Shown: positions 1-8,927, counted from the first letter of the stretch. The stretch: DNA of 44,131 nt from a virus (IMGVR_UViG_3300042807_000378:1-44131), one strand, 5' to 3'. Program-made: numbers and translations. The notes: generated from the sequence alone by a model not told the origin.

Positions 1-15
1 TATAGTATTGCCACT

Positions 16-43
16 ATTATATACTATAACTTATCTTTGTCAA
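16..43 (-). promoter_or_regulatory. sigma70-type promoter firing leftward out of the window
   Basis: Reverse strand reads TTGACA (43-38), N16, TATAAT (21-16). It is back-to-back with the late promoter at 70-102. Confidence 0.6.
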
Positions 44-69
44 TGGTAAATCGTCCAGAATATTGAAAA

Positions 70-102
70 AATTAAAACATGCTTTAATACTAGTGATAAA
101 TA
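70..102 (+). promoter_or_regulatory. Extended late promoter, copy 1 (AATTAA-N7-TTTAA-N6-TGATAAATA)
   Basis: aattaa-aacatgc-tttaa-tactag-tgataaata. The core resembles the T4 late box TATAAATA. The same architecture recurs at 8895 and 34798. RBS AGGAG at 114-118. Confidence 0.75.
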
Positions 103-124
103 TTGCAAGTAATAGGAGAACGTT

Positions 125-1030
125 ATGCCATTTTTACCAAATGCACAAAAAGCGTTAGTTTCAAGAGTAAACAACATTGCAGGCGGCGCCGTAGGAAAGA
201 TTAAAAATCCTATCCTTAGAGGAGCAGCTGGACAACTGTTAGACGGAATCTTGCCCGGCTTCGGCGGCGGCACGCCAAACTTCGGTGAGAGCGTGTTTAA
301 AGAAAACTTTAATAATCTAGTAAACAGCACTGTTCAAAAAGCATCTGAGCAAGCAGCAACAATACAAGTAAATAACATTCAAGACAAAAACGGCATTTTA
401 TCAAATTCGTTTGACTGGAGAGCAAGACTACGTCCAAAAAGTGGAGGTGTGAAGAAATTTTACGGTGAATTAGCTAGCGGAGATCACTTACTAAGACCAT
501 TAGAAGAATCCGGCGGTATTGTGTGGCAATATACCCCTACTATCTTTTTAAGCGGTAGTGCAGAATATAACGAAGCATTGATGCAGGGCATGAATTATCC
601 CATTAACACTTACATTTCTAGCAGACCTCCAGAAATTCCTATCACTGCTGATTTTAGCGCCAACGACATTTATGAAGCACGATATCTTTTAGCTATCATG
701 TCATTTTTAAAAATTTGCACTAAATCATATTTTGGTGACGATGCTGTTGCTAGAGGCACAGCAGGGACTCCACCACCAGTATTACTTTTTGAATATTTAG
801 GTGATCACGGCTTCAATAAAGTTCCAGTGGTTGTTAGTAACTGGAGTATGCAACTTCCTGATAATGTAGATTATGTGCCGGTTGTTGTTAACAAACAAAC
901 TACATATGTCCCTACACTAACAAATATTCTAATTAACTTAAAACCACAATATACACCGCACAAGTTACGCAGACGATTTAGTGTCGAAGGTATTACTAGC
1001 GGCGCATCATATACGGATGGATTTATCTAA
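125..1030 (+). CDS. Baseplate tail-tube initiator-like protein (gp48/gp54 or CIS tube-protein-like), 301 aa
   Basis: Clear RBS. The motif GTPPPVLLFEYLGDHGFNKVPVVVSNWS resembles the PP-x-F-x-G segment of tube-initiator proteins. It lies directly before the LysM wedge, hub and spike genes. Confidence 0.6.
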   Translation: MPFLPNAQKALVSRVNNIAGGAVGKIKNPILRGAAGQLLDGILPGFGGGTPNFGESVFKENFNNLVNSTVQKASEQAATIQVNNIQDKNGILSNSFDWRARLRPKSGGVKKFYGELASGDHLLRPLEESGGIVWQYTPTIFLSGSAEYNEALMQGMNYPINTYISSRPPEIPITADFSANDIYEARYLLAIMSFLKICTKSYFGDDAVARGTAGTPPPVLLFEYLGDHGFNKVPVVVSNWSMQLPDNVDYVPVVVNKQTTYVPTLTNILINLKPQYTPHKLRRRFSVEGITSGASYTDGFI

Positions 1031-1344
1031 TGCCTAAGTTAACTTTTAGACAAGATAGTTTTTTGCGTAATGCAGGATTCTTAGATGACACATTCTTAGA
1101 TCTTAATAATTTACCTTCATTACCGCAAAGCGTTAATGACGAAATTTATATTATTAATGCAATGTATGACGAAAGGCCGGATCTTCTAGCACATGACTTA
1201 TACGGCAGCACACGCTTGTGGTGGGTATTCACAATTAGAAATCCAGATTTATTAAAAGATCCTATTAGAGATTTTAAAGCAGGTTTAGAAATATTTTTAC
1301 CTAGCGCAGAAAATGTTAATATCATATCAGGCAGAAGTAGATAA
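1030..1344 (+). CDS. Baseplate wedge protein, T4 gp53-like / LysM-like, 104 aa
   Basis: YDERPDLLAHDLYGSTRLWWVF..RNP is the typical gp53/LysM-like wedge motif. TAATG overlap with both neighbours. Confidence 0.8.
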   Translation: MPKLTFRQDSFLRNAGFLDDTFLDLNNLPSLPQSVNDEIYIINAMYDERPDLLAHDLYGSTRLWWVFTIRNPDLLKDPIRDFKAGLEIFLPSAENVNIISGRSR

Positions 1345-4300
1345 TGGCGAAAATTAATTCTCCTAAAATTTTTGATCCTTATTTAGGTGAAATGTACGGT
1401 AACATACTCGATCAGTATGATAATCCTGCATACAATATTAGACTGTACATGAAATCAGAAGGAGACAGCACTGCTACAGGCACATCGTCGTCTACTCAAA
1501 CTGGTACACAATCAGATCCGGCAGCCGGATCCGCGGCCAGAAGTGATCGACCTAGCGATGTAACTAAAGAAACAAAAACAATAGCAGGCAAAAAAATTGT
1601 TATTTTAGCCCAAACTAGTGTAACTGGTGTACAAATTGACGACGTAGAAATACAATCAGGCAATCAAAAGGATACGGCTACTAAGGCTTTAACAGGATCT
1701 TTTACAATAGTTCAGCCCGGAGCAGCAAATTTTTTAGACCAGATACAATGGACTAGAAAATATCTAGGAGCTCCGGACGCAGAAATAAAAACTAATGATT
1801 TTTATATGTATCTAGATATAAATTTTGTAGGATACGATTCGCCTGTGAAGGAAGGCCCGAGCGATGACCACGAACTCGGTGGAGAGATGCTGCAAATTAC
1901 TGATACAATAACCTACAAAATTAAAGTCACAAATATAGCAGTATCACTAGATAACACAGGAAGTCGCTACGAATTTGAATTTGCTATTGCAGATACTATT
2001 GGTTTTGCTGATGACATATATAAAATAAAACAAAGTATCAATATGAGGGGCGGTACAATAACCGACCTATTAAAAAGTTTTGAAACTCAGTATAACGAAA
2101 TGTTAACAAAGAATGCAAATTTATTTGAAAAAGCAGATCAAATAGAATTTAACTTAGATGCTCTTTTAACAGATTCTGGCGCTAAAACTCCTACGGCAGT
2201 AAAAACTACAACCACAGGAGCAAAGCCACAAAAGTTGTACATTAAAGATCAAAACATACCTTCGCCTGATAAAGATCAAAATGTAGAAACTACTACTGCG
2301 CCAATTTCAGATGGTAAAGAAGAGTCAATTGACGAACAACGCCGATCAGCTGGTCAATCATCTAGAGGCCCTACCCGTGTAAACCCGGGTATTATTCTAA
2401 CTGCAAAAGACGGTAGTTCAATTTATACTGTAATTGCTCAAGTATTATCAATGAATAAAGACTTTCAAAGTTATGTATCTAGAATGAAATCCTTAGATGA
2501 TCCTAGCAACAACGAAGTTGATAATAATCAAACATTTGTTGCGTGGTTTGATGTACACTGCGAAATTCAAACTATTGGTTGGGATAAAAAGCGTAACAAA
2601 TATGCAAAAAAATATATCTATACTCCCTATCTAATTGAAGATGTGCGTAGTGATGTTGCACTAACAACCAAAGAATTAGAATTTTTAAATGAAACAGTTG
2701 AAATAGGCAAAGACGGTGCATTAGGAAACAGGCCTGTTGTAGCAATTGCAACTAAACGATTGCAGGATTTATATAATGCAGGTGCTTTAAGCAAATCATA
2801 TTTTTACCTTTTTACAGGTTTAAATGATCAAATCCTCAATTTAGATATTAAGTACGATCAAGGTTTAACATTGTTAATGCCACCTAAGGGTGGATATGCA
2901 GGAGAATATTCTGTAATAAACAAACCGGCACTGGTTAATAGCTTACCTGAAAATGCTGATCCTACCGGCGATGACAAAAATAACGCAGCAACTGATACAA
3001 AAAACAGAGAGTCTTTAGTAGGACTGTTTAATAAACTTAAAGGATTTGCTGACGATATAAAAACAGTAGCAAATACAATTGGGCGTTCTCCAGAAGAACT
3101 TGCAGGAATTCTAAAAGATTCTACAGGTAAAGCTACTCAACGATTAGCACAAAGTTTAGACTCTGCAACTGTTGAAACATTGACTAAGAAACTTGGTTCA
3201 AGCGATAGCTCAGATGCTAAGGATACACCAACTACTAATACTGAAATTACAGTTACTAATTTTGGCCCGTATGCACCTGAAGTAAGTGGATTTTTATATT
3301 CCGCAGATTTTGTCCAACCAGGTGGCAATCTAACCACAGAGGAAATACAAGCCGCGGGATTAATAACGTCTAATATACCGGCGGTAACACCTGGTGCTAC
3401 TGCAACAGTTGCAGCAAGACCTAGTCCATTGAGCGGCATAACTAGCGACGGGCCTGCCAGTGTAATGATGGGGTATGCATATAGAGCTCGCGAAGCTAGT
3501 GGATTTTTATTAAATGTTGAACTGACACTGCGAGGAGACCCATATTGGTTGACTCAAAAAAATAGTGGAAAGTTTGAGTACGGAAAACCTACACCAGATA
3601 AAACAACCTATCCTAGTAACGGAAAGAAAAATTATTTTCTTCTAACCATTGGATCTCCTAGAGCGTATGACTATGATGTAAACAATGAAGATAATAACAC
3701 TGGTTATTGGAGTGAAAATAGCATCAGTGGTATGTTTAGCGGTCTGTACTATCCAATTATATGGAAAAATCGTTTCAGCGCCGGGATCTTTACGACAGAA
3801 ATAACTGCTTTCAAAGAAATCGCTGTACCTCTAAACTATATTAGGCGAGTATTACCTAACGAAAAACCACCTGCCTGGGACGAGATTCTTAAGGGCCAAG
3901 ATGTTGAAAAGATTCTAGGTGAGATCGGTTCGAATAATCGTCGCTTGTTTGGTGATGGTGACACCGGCGGCGACGGCGATGGTCCGAGCACATATACTCC
4001 AGTAGCTGATGGCGGGGAAGGAGATTGGGCTAAAGATAAACCATTCTTAGACGAAGTTGATAGATTAGCTCGTAAATATGACATAGATGCTAACGACATG
4101 TTAGGATTAATGCAACACGAATCAGGTATCAGTCCTAGCACAGTAAATTCTATCGGATGCACTGGGTTAATTCAATTCTGTCCCGATAGCCCTGGGGGTT
4201 CTTATAAAACTATCGGCGGTGATCGAGTAGAACTTGCAGATTTAGCAAGGATGAGTAGAGCAGAGCAAATGAAATATGTAGAAAAATTTTATGACAGTGT

Positions 4301-4541
4301 AGGATTACCTAAAGGTGCAACACCTGGACAACTATATACTGCAACATACTTACCTGCATATGTTAATGAAAATCCAAATTTTGTTATTGCAACACAATCT
4401 GGACCAAATGACGCCGGAGTAGTAGCACCTAAGAATTATAATCAAAATAAATCACTTGACGTTAGCGAGCCTAAGGGTAGAATTACTATTCAAGAATTAG
4501 GCACAGTAATTGCGAATGGGCGTCGAAAAATAGGATTATAA
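1344..4541 (+). CDS. Baseplate hub-like protein with C-terminal SLT-type lytic transglycosylase domain, 1065 aa
   Basis: Sits between the gp53-like and gp5-like genes and has a VELTLRGDPYWL hub-type motif. C-terminus from ~4044 reads FLDEVDRLARKYDIDANDMLGLMQHESGISPSTVNSIGCTGLIQF, with the SLT catalytic ES and GLIQ motifs. Confidence 0.7.
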   Translation: MAKINSPKIFDPYLGEMYGNILDQYDNPAYNIRLYMKSEGDSTATGTSSSTQTGTQSDPAAGSAARSDRPSDVTKETKTIAGKKIVILAQTSVTGVQIDDVEIQSGNQKDTATKALTGSFTIVQPGAANFLDQIQWTRKYLGAPDAEIKTNDFYMYLDINFVGYDSPVKEGPSDDHELGGEMLQITDTITYKIKVTNIAVSLDNTGSRYEFEFAIADTIGFADDIYKIKQSINMRGGTITDLLKSFETQYNEMLTKNANLFEKADQIEFNLDALLTDSGAKTPTAVKTTTTGAKPQKLYIKDQNIPSPDKDQNVETTTAPISDGKEESIDEQRRSAGQSSRGPTRVNPGIILTAKDGSSIYTVIAQVLSMNKDFQSYVSRMKSLDDPSNNEVDNNQTFVAWFDVHCEIQTIGWDKKRNKYAKKYIYTPYLIEDVRSDVALTTKELEFLNETVEIGKDGALGNRPVVAIATKRLQDLYNAGALSKSYFYLFTGLNDQILNLDIKYDQGLTLLMPPKGGYAGEYSVINKPALVNSLPENADPTGDDKNNAATDTKNRESLVGLFNKLKGFADDIKTVANTIGRSPEELAGILKDSTGKATQRLAQSLDSATVETLTKKLGSSDSSDAKDTPTTNTEITVTNFGPYAPEVSGFLYSADFVQPGGNLTTEEIQAAGLITSNIPAVTPGATATVAARPSPLSGITSDGPASVMMGYAYRAREASGFLLNVELTLRGDPYWLTQKNSGKFEYGKPTPDKTTYPSNGKKNYFLLTIGSPRAYDYDVNNEDNNTGYWSENSISGMFSGLYYPIIWKNRFSAGIFTTEITAFKEIAVPLNYIRRVLPNEKPPAWDEILKGQDVEKILGEIGSNNRRLFGDGDTGGDGDGPSTYTPVADGGEGDWAKDKPFLDEVDRLARKYDIDANDMLGLMQHESGISPSTVNSIGCTGLIQFCPDSPGGSYKTIGGDRVELADLARMSRAEQMKYVEKFYDSVGLPKGATPGQLYTATYLPAYVNENPNFVIATQSGPNDAGVVAPKNYNQNKSLDVSEPKGRITIQELGTVIANGRRKIGL

Positions 4542-4576
4542 TTTATGACACAAATATACACTGAGGTTAAGATTTA

Positions 4577-7354
4577 ATGGCAAATGTAAAAACTGACGAG
4601 CTTAGATCAACTCGCAAAAATCTAGCACAAGAAGCTCTCAAAGAGGCAAATCCTCTCTATGGGATTTATTTAGGTGTAGTGCGAACAACTAAAGATAGTA
4701 CCCGTACGGGAAAAATAACAGTTTTTATAGCTAGTTTGTACAAAGATCCTTCGCTTATTGATGGCGAAGCAGAATGCACATGGTCCAGTCCGTTTGCAGG
4801 TTCAACACCAGTTGCAGGCACAGGCACCAACCTCGAGAGTTATGTAGAAACCCAAAAAAGCTATGGTCTGTGGATGATTCCTCCTGATATCGGAAACACT
4901 GTGCTAGTGGCATTTGGCGACGGCGATGTTTCAAAGGGATATATTATCGGATGCACATTCCCAGGTCAATTTAATCACATGGTACCTGGTATGCCTGGAG
5001 GTTCTTCATATGGTGAGGGTAAGTTACAAGTACCTGTAGCTGAAAAAAATAAAAAAGAAGGTCGCATCGATCACGACAGTAAAGAAGTTCGTAGACCTAT
5101 TGCACCCTATCTTACAGAACAAATTGTAAAACAAGGACTCATAAAAGATCCTATGCGTGGCCCCGGTACTGCTGGCGCACGTCGCGATGACATACAACAG
5201 GTCTATGGTATTCTTACTCCCGGGCCGCTAAAGCCTGGTTCTACAGCAGGCAACACTGCGGTTAATGCTCATAGAATAGGTGGTCATCAATTTATCATGG
5301 ATGACAACCCTGGTTCTAGTATGATACGCTTCCGTACAGGCAGAGGAACACAGTTTACACTAAATGATGCCAACGGTACAATCTACATGATTAACAGAGA
5401 TGGTACTGCCTGGATTGAACTTACTGCTAAGGGTGATATTCTAGTATACGGCGAAGGTTCGTTGAACATTCGTGCCAAGCAAAATTTAAACATTCGCGCT
5501 GATAAAAACGTTAATATTGAAGCAGGTAACGATGTAAACATTAAAGCCGCGGGTGATAACATTGGAGACCAATATGTGGGTACCAATCCTGCAAACATTA
5601 CAGGAGGTCCTCCTAAAGGTACCGGCGGCGCTATTAGATTAGATGCCGCGGCCGATATTCAACAATTTGCTACACTTAACTATGGTGTTACCGCAGCAGG
5701 AGGTGATGTTAATATAAACGGCGCCGGCAATTTTAATATGACATCTGGTGGATTCTCTGGTATGAGCATATTGTCATCAGGTCCAATTGCAATGGAATCT
5801 AAAATGTCTGGTATAGCAATATATGCAAGTACTGGTATAGGCCTCCGAGCAGCTGAAAGCATCAGTTCAAATGCGGCTAGAATTAATTTAAATAGTGGCC
5901 CTGGATTTATGTCGTTTGCTGTTCCCGCTGTTGGCCCAGGTCCAATTGGTCTTAACGAACACAAAGACCAGCCATCCGCTGCACCAGAGTTTGATATGGA
6001 TGCCGCATTAGCAGGAAGAACTGCTATTAAAAACAACGGCGAACGACCTGGAAAAGCCGATATTATTAAATCTATTGTAACTAATTTAGTTACTGCTGAA
6101 CCCTATTCGGGACACCCAAAAGCTGATGATAGCGGCAAGGCTGATCCGACCGCGGTTGCAGAAAGTGATCGCATCACAGAAGACATGCCTCCAGCAGCTT
6201 CTACCACAGAAGGCAAACCAGACGATGCTCAGACACCATCTGGCACAAAGGCAGGCGACAGTTATGTTGATAGTAACGGTAATACTGTGTCACAGCCAAA
6301 CAACTCTCCTTCTCAGGCATCGAAAGCAAAAAATCTTGCAGCATCAACACAGGCTCGAGCGCAAAGCGGCACAAGATCTATAAATGCGGCTGCAAATAGA
6401 TTGAATCAAGGCGGTCAAAAACTCAATGCAGAATTGAGTAACTTGCGAGATAAAGTACCAACATATGCAGATATTCAAAATGCTATTAACGATTTTGGCG
6501 CAGCAATAGAAAAGAAAATTGACGAAGTCTTAGGCTTGAGCGCATTTGTTGCTTCTATTAGAGCCATGGTACCCCCAATTAGATTTCCTACAGTTAATGC
6601 ATTACAGCAAAGAGTATTAGCATCATTTAAACAGCTAAAAGAGTTGGAAGCACAGTTAAGCCAATTTAGCTTAGATAAGTTAGGTTTACCGCTAGATTTA
6701 AATTTTCCTGCTATCCAAGACATGAAAAATCAAATTAATGGTGTAATGGCACAGGCTAAAGATGGGTTAGATGCTGTTAATAGATTAAAAGAACTTGGCA
6801 TTGATGTAGTAAGCGATTCTGGTAGTATAATATATCGAGACTCATTGGGCAATACATTAGTTGATTTTAATAGCGGTGTTGGACCAATAGCTAGTTCCTT
6901 AGCTATACAAAGTGAACTAACTAGAACCTTTAATAATGTAAGGGGTGCTATTAGAGTTCCAATTAACAATAATCAGGCACAGGCACTAGCAGCATTTTCC
7001 AAAGACATAGGTGAAGAAAACTTTAGGAATAGTAATGTGCTAAGAGCACTTAATGAGGGAAGATATAACGAAGTACCTAGATTAATGATGCAGTGGAGTC
7101 TAGGTCCTGAACCAGGAAGTAATGTTCCTACTCCTACAAGTGAATTGGTATTCCGTGCAGATTTTCAAGATAAACGATTCTTCCAAGGACAAGTATTTCA
7201 AAGCCCAGATAATCTAAATATTGCTCCACCGGAAGGCACTGCTGACGGAGAACTTACTCCACGACAGTTAGGCGATATTATTAAGGCCAGACGTGAAGAA
7301 TTTAATGCCGCTAATTACGTTGGACCAACAGATTATTACGCTGGTCCACGCTGA
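4577..7354 (+). CDS. Baseplate central spike, gp5/VgrG-like, with C-terminal lysozyme-like domain, 925 aa
   Basis: N-terminal OB-fold motifs (GIYLGVVRTTKD..RTGKITV; YGLWMIPPDIGNTVLVAF) and beta-helix repeats (LNIRAKQNLNIRADKNVNIEAGNDVNIKA). C-terminal GH24-like segment VPINNNQAQALAAFSKDIGEENFRNSNVLRALNEGRY..W. Confidence 0.8.
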   Translation: MANVKTDELRSTRKNLAQEALKEANPLYGIYLGVVRTTKDSTRTGKITVFIASLYKDPSLIDGEAECTWSSPFAGSTPVAGTGTNLESYVETQKSYGLWMIPPDIGNTVLVAFGDGDVSKGYIIGCTFPGQFNHMVPGMPGGSSYGEGKLQVPVAEKNKKEGRIDHDSKEVRRPIAPYLTEQIVKQGLIKDPMRGPGTAGARRDDIQQVYGILTPGPLKPGSTAGNTAVNAHRIGGHQFIMDDNPGSSMIRFRTGRGTQFTLNDANGTIYMINRDGTAWIELTAKGDILVYGEGSLNIRAKQNLNIRADKNVNIEAGNDVNIKAAGDNIGDQYVGTNPANITGGPPKGTGGAIRLDAAADIQQFATLNYGVTAAGGDVNINGAGNFNMTSGGFSGMSILSSGPIAMESKMSGIAIYASTGIGLRAAESISSNAARINLNSGPGFMSFAVPAVGPGPIGLNEHKDQPSAAPEFDMDAALAGRTAIKNNGERPGKADIIKSIVTNLVTAEPYSGHPKADDSGKADPTAVAESDRITEDMPPAASTTEGKPDDAQTPSGTKAGDSYVDSNGNTVSQPNNSPSQASKAKNLAASTQARAQSGTRSINAAANRLNQGGQKLNAELSNLRDKVPTYADIQNAINDFGAAIEKKIDEVLGLSAFVASIRAMVPPIRFPTVNALQQRVLASFKQLKELEAQLSQFSLDKLGLPLDLNFPAIQDMKNQINGVMAQAKDGLDAVNRLKELGIDVVSDSGSIIYRDSLGNTLVDFNSGVGPIASSLAIQSELTRTFNNVRGAIRVPINNNQAQALAAFSKDIGEENFRNSNVLRALNEGRYNEVPRLMMQWSLGPEPGSNVPTPTSELVFRADFQDKRFFQGQVFQSPDNLNIAPPEGTADGELTPRQLGDIIKARREEFNAANYVGPTDYYAGPR

Positions 7355-7355
7355 T

Positions 7356-7385
7356 AAAAAAATGGCAGCATTTCTGCTGCCATTT
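7356..7385. terminator. Rho-independent terminator between convergent genes, strongest on the minus strand
   Basis: AAATGGCAGCA-TTTC-TGCTGCCATTT. On the minus strand it has a GAAA tetraloop followed by a T7 run. Confidence 0.85.
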
Positions 7386-7405
7386 AGTTCAATTGCCGAA
7401 CTTAA

Positions 7406-7657
7406 TTAAGCGTACCTAACTAGGCGCTCCATATCATATAGCTCTTGTGGCACAGTATGGTTATCATACCGGAAGTTACCGGTAAGATTGACTGTATCAA
7501 ACAATGCGTACTTCTTTGTTACGCTATCGTACAGTCCCATAGTTACGAAACGCTTACGCTGTTCGTAAATCTTATAGAAGCGGTCGGTCTTATTTTCCTT
7601 ATTGAACGCTTCAGCTCTAGCACAAACCTCATCAAACTTCTGTGCAATTTTTCTCAT
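7406..7657 (-). CDS. Hypothetical protein, 83 aa
   Basis: ORF lies between a consensus sigma70 promoter (7719-7747) and a terminator (7356-7385). Confidence 0.75.
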   Translation of the reverse strand: MRKIAQKFDEVCARAEAFNKENKTDRFYKIYEQRKRFVTMGLYDSVTKKYALFDTVNLTGNFRYDNHTVPQELYDMERLVRYA

Positions 7658-7718
7658 ATTGAGATCACTCTTGTTGTTAAGTTGAACAAAAATGTAGCTA
7701 TTATCTAACTACACACTT

Positions 7719-7747
7719 ACTATACTATTCTACGCTTTAAATGTCAA
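7719..7747 (-). promoter_or_regulatory. sigma70-type (early) promoter
   Basis: Reverse strand: TTGACA-tttaaagcgtagaatag (17 nt)-TATAGT. Confidence 0.8.
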
Positions 7748-8207
7748 GCGGATTTTTGCCGTTGACAAATACTTTTAAAGTACACCCATCGTCTTGAATT
7801 TCGAACTTAAGACGATTAACTTGTCCTGCACCACGTACATATGCTCGACCATCCTCATCGATTACTTCAAAACGGTCCACACACTTCATACGCTGTAGAT
7901 CTTCACCTTCCCCAATAGCATTATGAATTGCCATATAGCCGCAGTCCATGCCAGCACCATACATGCCAGCATCAAAACCAAAAACATCATAGAGAACATA
8001 TCGGTAACTACCATTCAATTTGATGTCGCCTTCGTAGATGCGCTTGCACACAGCATAGAACGCATCTTCACGTTCTTTCTCTGTTAAGCCGTTCCACCAA
8101 GTGTCATTGTCGTGTTCGTAAACTTTACGACCAATTTCTAATTGTTGACTTATCTCGGCTAGCTTAGTTAACGCCTCTTCACGTTTGGCTTTTTCTTCTT
8201 CATTCAT
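7737..8207 (-). CDS. Hypothetical phage protein, 156 aa
   Basis: Intact ORF overlapping its upstream minus-strand neighbour by 8 nt. No recognisable family motif. Confidence 0.75.
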   Translation of the reverse strand: MNEEEKAKREEALTKLAEISQQLEIGRKVYEHDNDTWWNGLTEKEREDAFYAVCKRIYEGDIKLNGSYRYVLYDVFGFDAGMYGAGMDCGYMAIHNAIGEGEDLQRMKCVDRFEVIDEDGRAYVRGAGQVNRLKFEIQDDGCTLKVFVNGKNPLDI

Positions 8208-8385
8208 CTCGGCGACCTACCATAGATGATAGCCCAACGTCGTTGCTCAAATCACCATCAAAGTCACCAATGCTTTGAATAGACTTATATGCCTTTACGG
8301 CTGCATATGCAACAATACCAGTTACGCCAGCCACAGCAACAAACGCTGCCGTCTTTAGTGCTTGCTCTTTAGATACTTTCTTCAA
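8200..8385 (-). CDS. Small predicted single-pass membrane protein, 61 aa
   Basis: Basic N-terminus followed by hydrophobic TAAFVAVAGVTGIVAYAAV. Overlaps both neighbours in an operon-like way. Confidence 0.65.
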   Translation of the reverse strand: MKKVSKEQALKTAAFVAVAGVTGIVAYAAVKAYKSIQSIGDFDGDLSNDVGLSSMVGRRDE

Positions 8386-8824
8386 TGTCTTCCCTCTCTG
8401 ATACTATAAACTTATCACCATCTACAGTGATTTGAACTATTGGGTGCATACTACTGCGAGTATAATCTCTCCCGCCGTCAATCATACGTCCGTCTTTTTC
8501 AACATAATCGTGGCGATAGCGACTTACAATAACTTCGCCATCGTCAGTGGGAATGCCTGCAATAGGTTCACTGAACGCACTACTGGCTTCTGTGATGAAC
8601 ACTGATTCATGCCGCGAAAACATTCCAAAGTAATGCGTATGACCCTTACTAGTATCTGGATTAGGCTGATAGAATACGTCTACAGGACTTTCACCCCAGT
8701 TACCAAACTTATTTTTAATAGTCCAGTAACCCATGTACTTAGCGCCATAATTTTCTTCAATTTGTCGGATACTTTCTTTCGCAAACCAGTATCCATCTTC
8801 AGGAATTTTTACAAACATATGCAT
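8369..8824 (-). CDS. Conserved hypothetical phage protein (S-x-x-RHDY...IDGG-x-DY motif), ~151 aa
   Basis: The motif SRYRHDYVEKDGRMIDGGRDYTR is recognised from phage hypotheticals. Start moved to the ATG at 8824, which has an AAGG RBS and lies downstream of the promoter at 8849-8877. Confidence 0.7.
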   Translation of the reverse strand: MHMFVKIPEDGYWFAKESIRQIEENYGAKYMGYWTIKNKFGNWGESPVDVFYQPNPDTSKGHTHYFGMFSRHESVFITEASSAFSEPIAGIPTDDGEVIVSRYRHDYVEKDGRMIDGGRDYTRSSMHPIVQITVDGDKFIVSEREDIEESI

Positions 8825-8848
8825 AACCTTAAATTGCAACGATGTACA

Positions 8849-8877
8849 ACTATAGCAAATTTTACGCTACGTGTCAA
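8849..8877 (-). promoter_or_regulatory. sigma70-type (early) promoter with extended -10
   Basis: Reverse strand: TTGACA-cgtagcgtaaaatttgc (17 nt, ending TGn)-TATAGT. Confidence 0.8.
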
Positions 8878-8894
8878 CACCTATTTTGAGCTAT

Positions 8895-8927
8895 AATTAA
8901 AACAGTATTTAATTTTTTTGATAAATA
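8895..8927 (+). promoter_or_regulatory. Extended late promoter, copy 2
   Basis: aattaa-aacagta-tttaa-tttttt-tgataaata. ATG follows 5 nt later at 8933. Confidence 0.75.
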
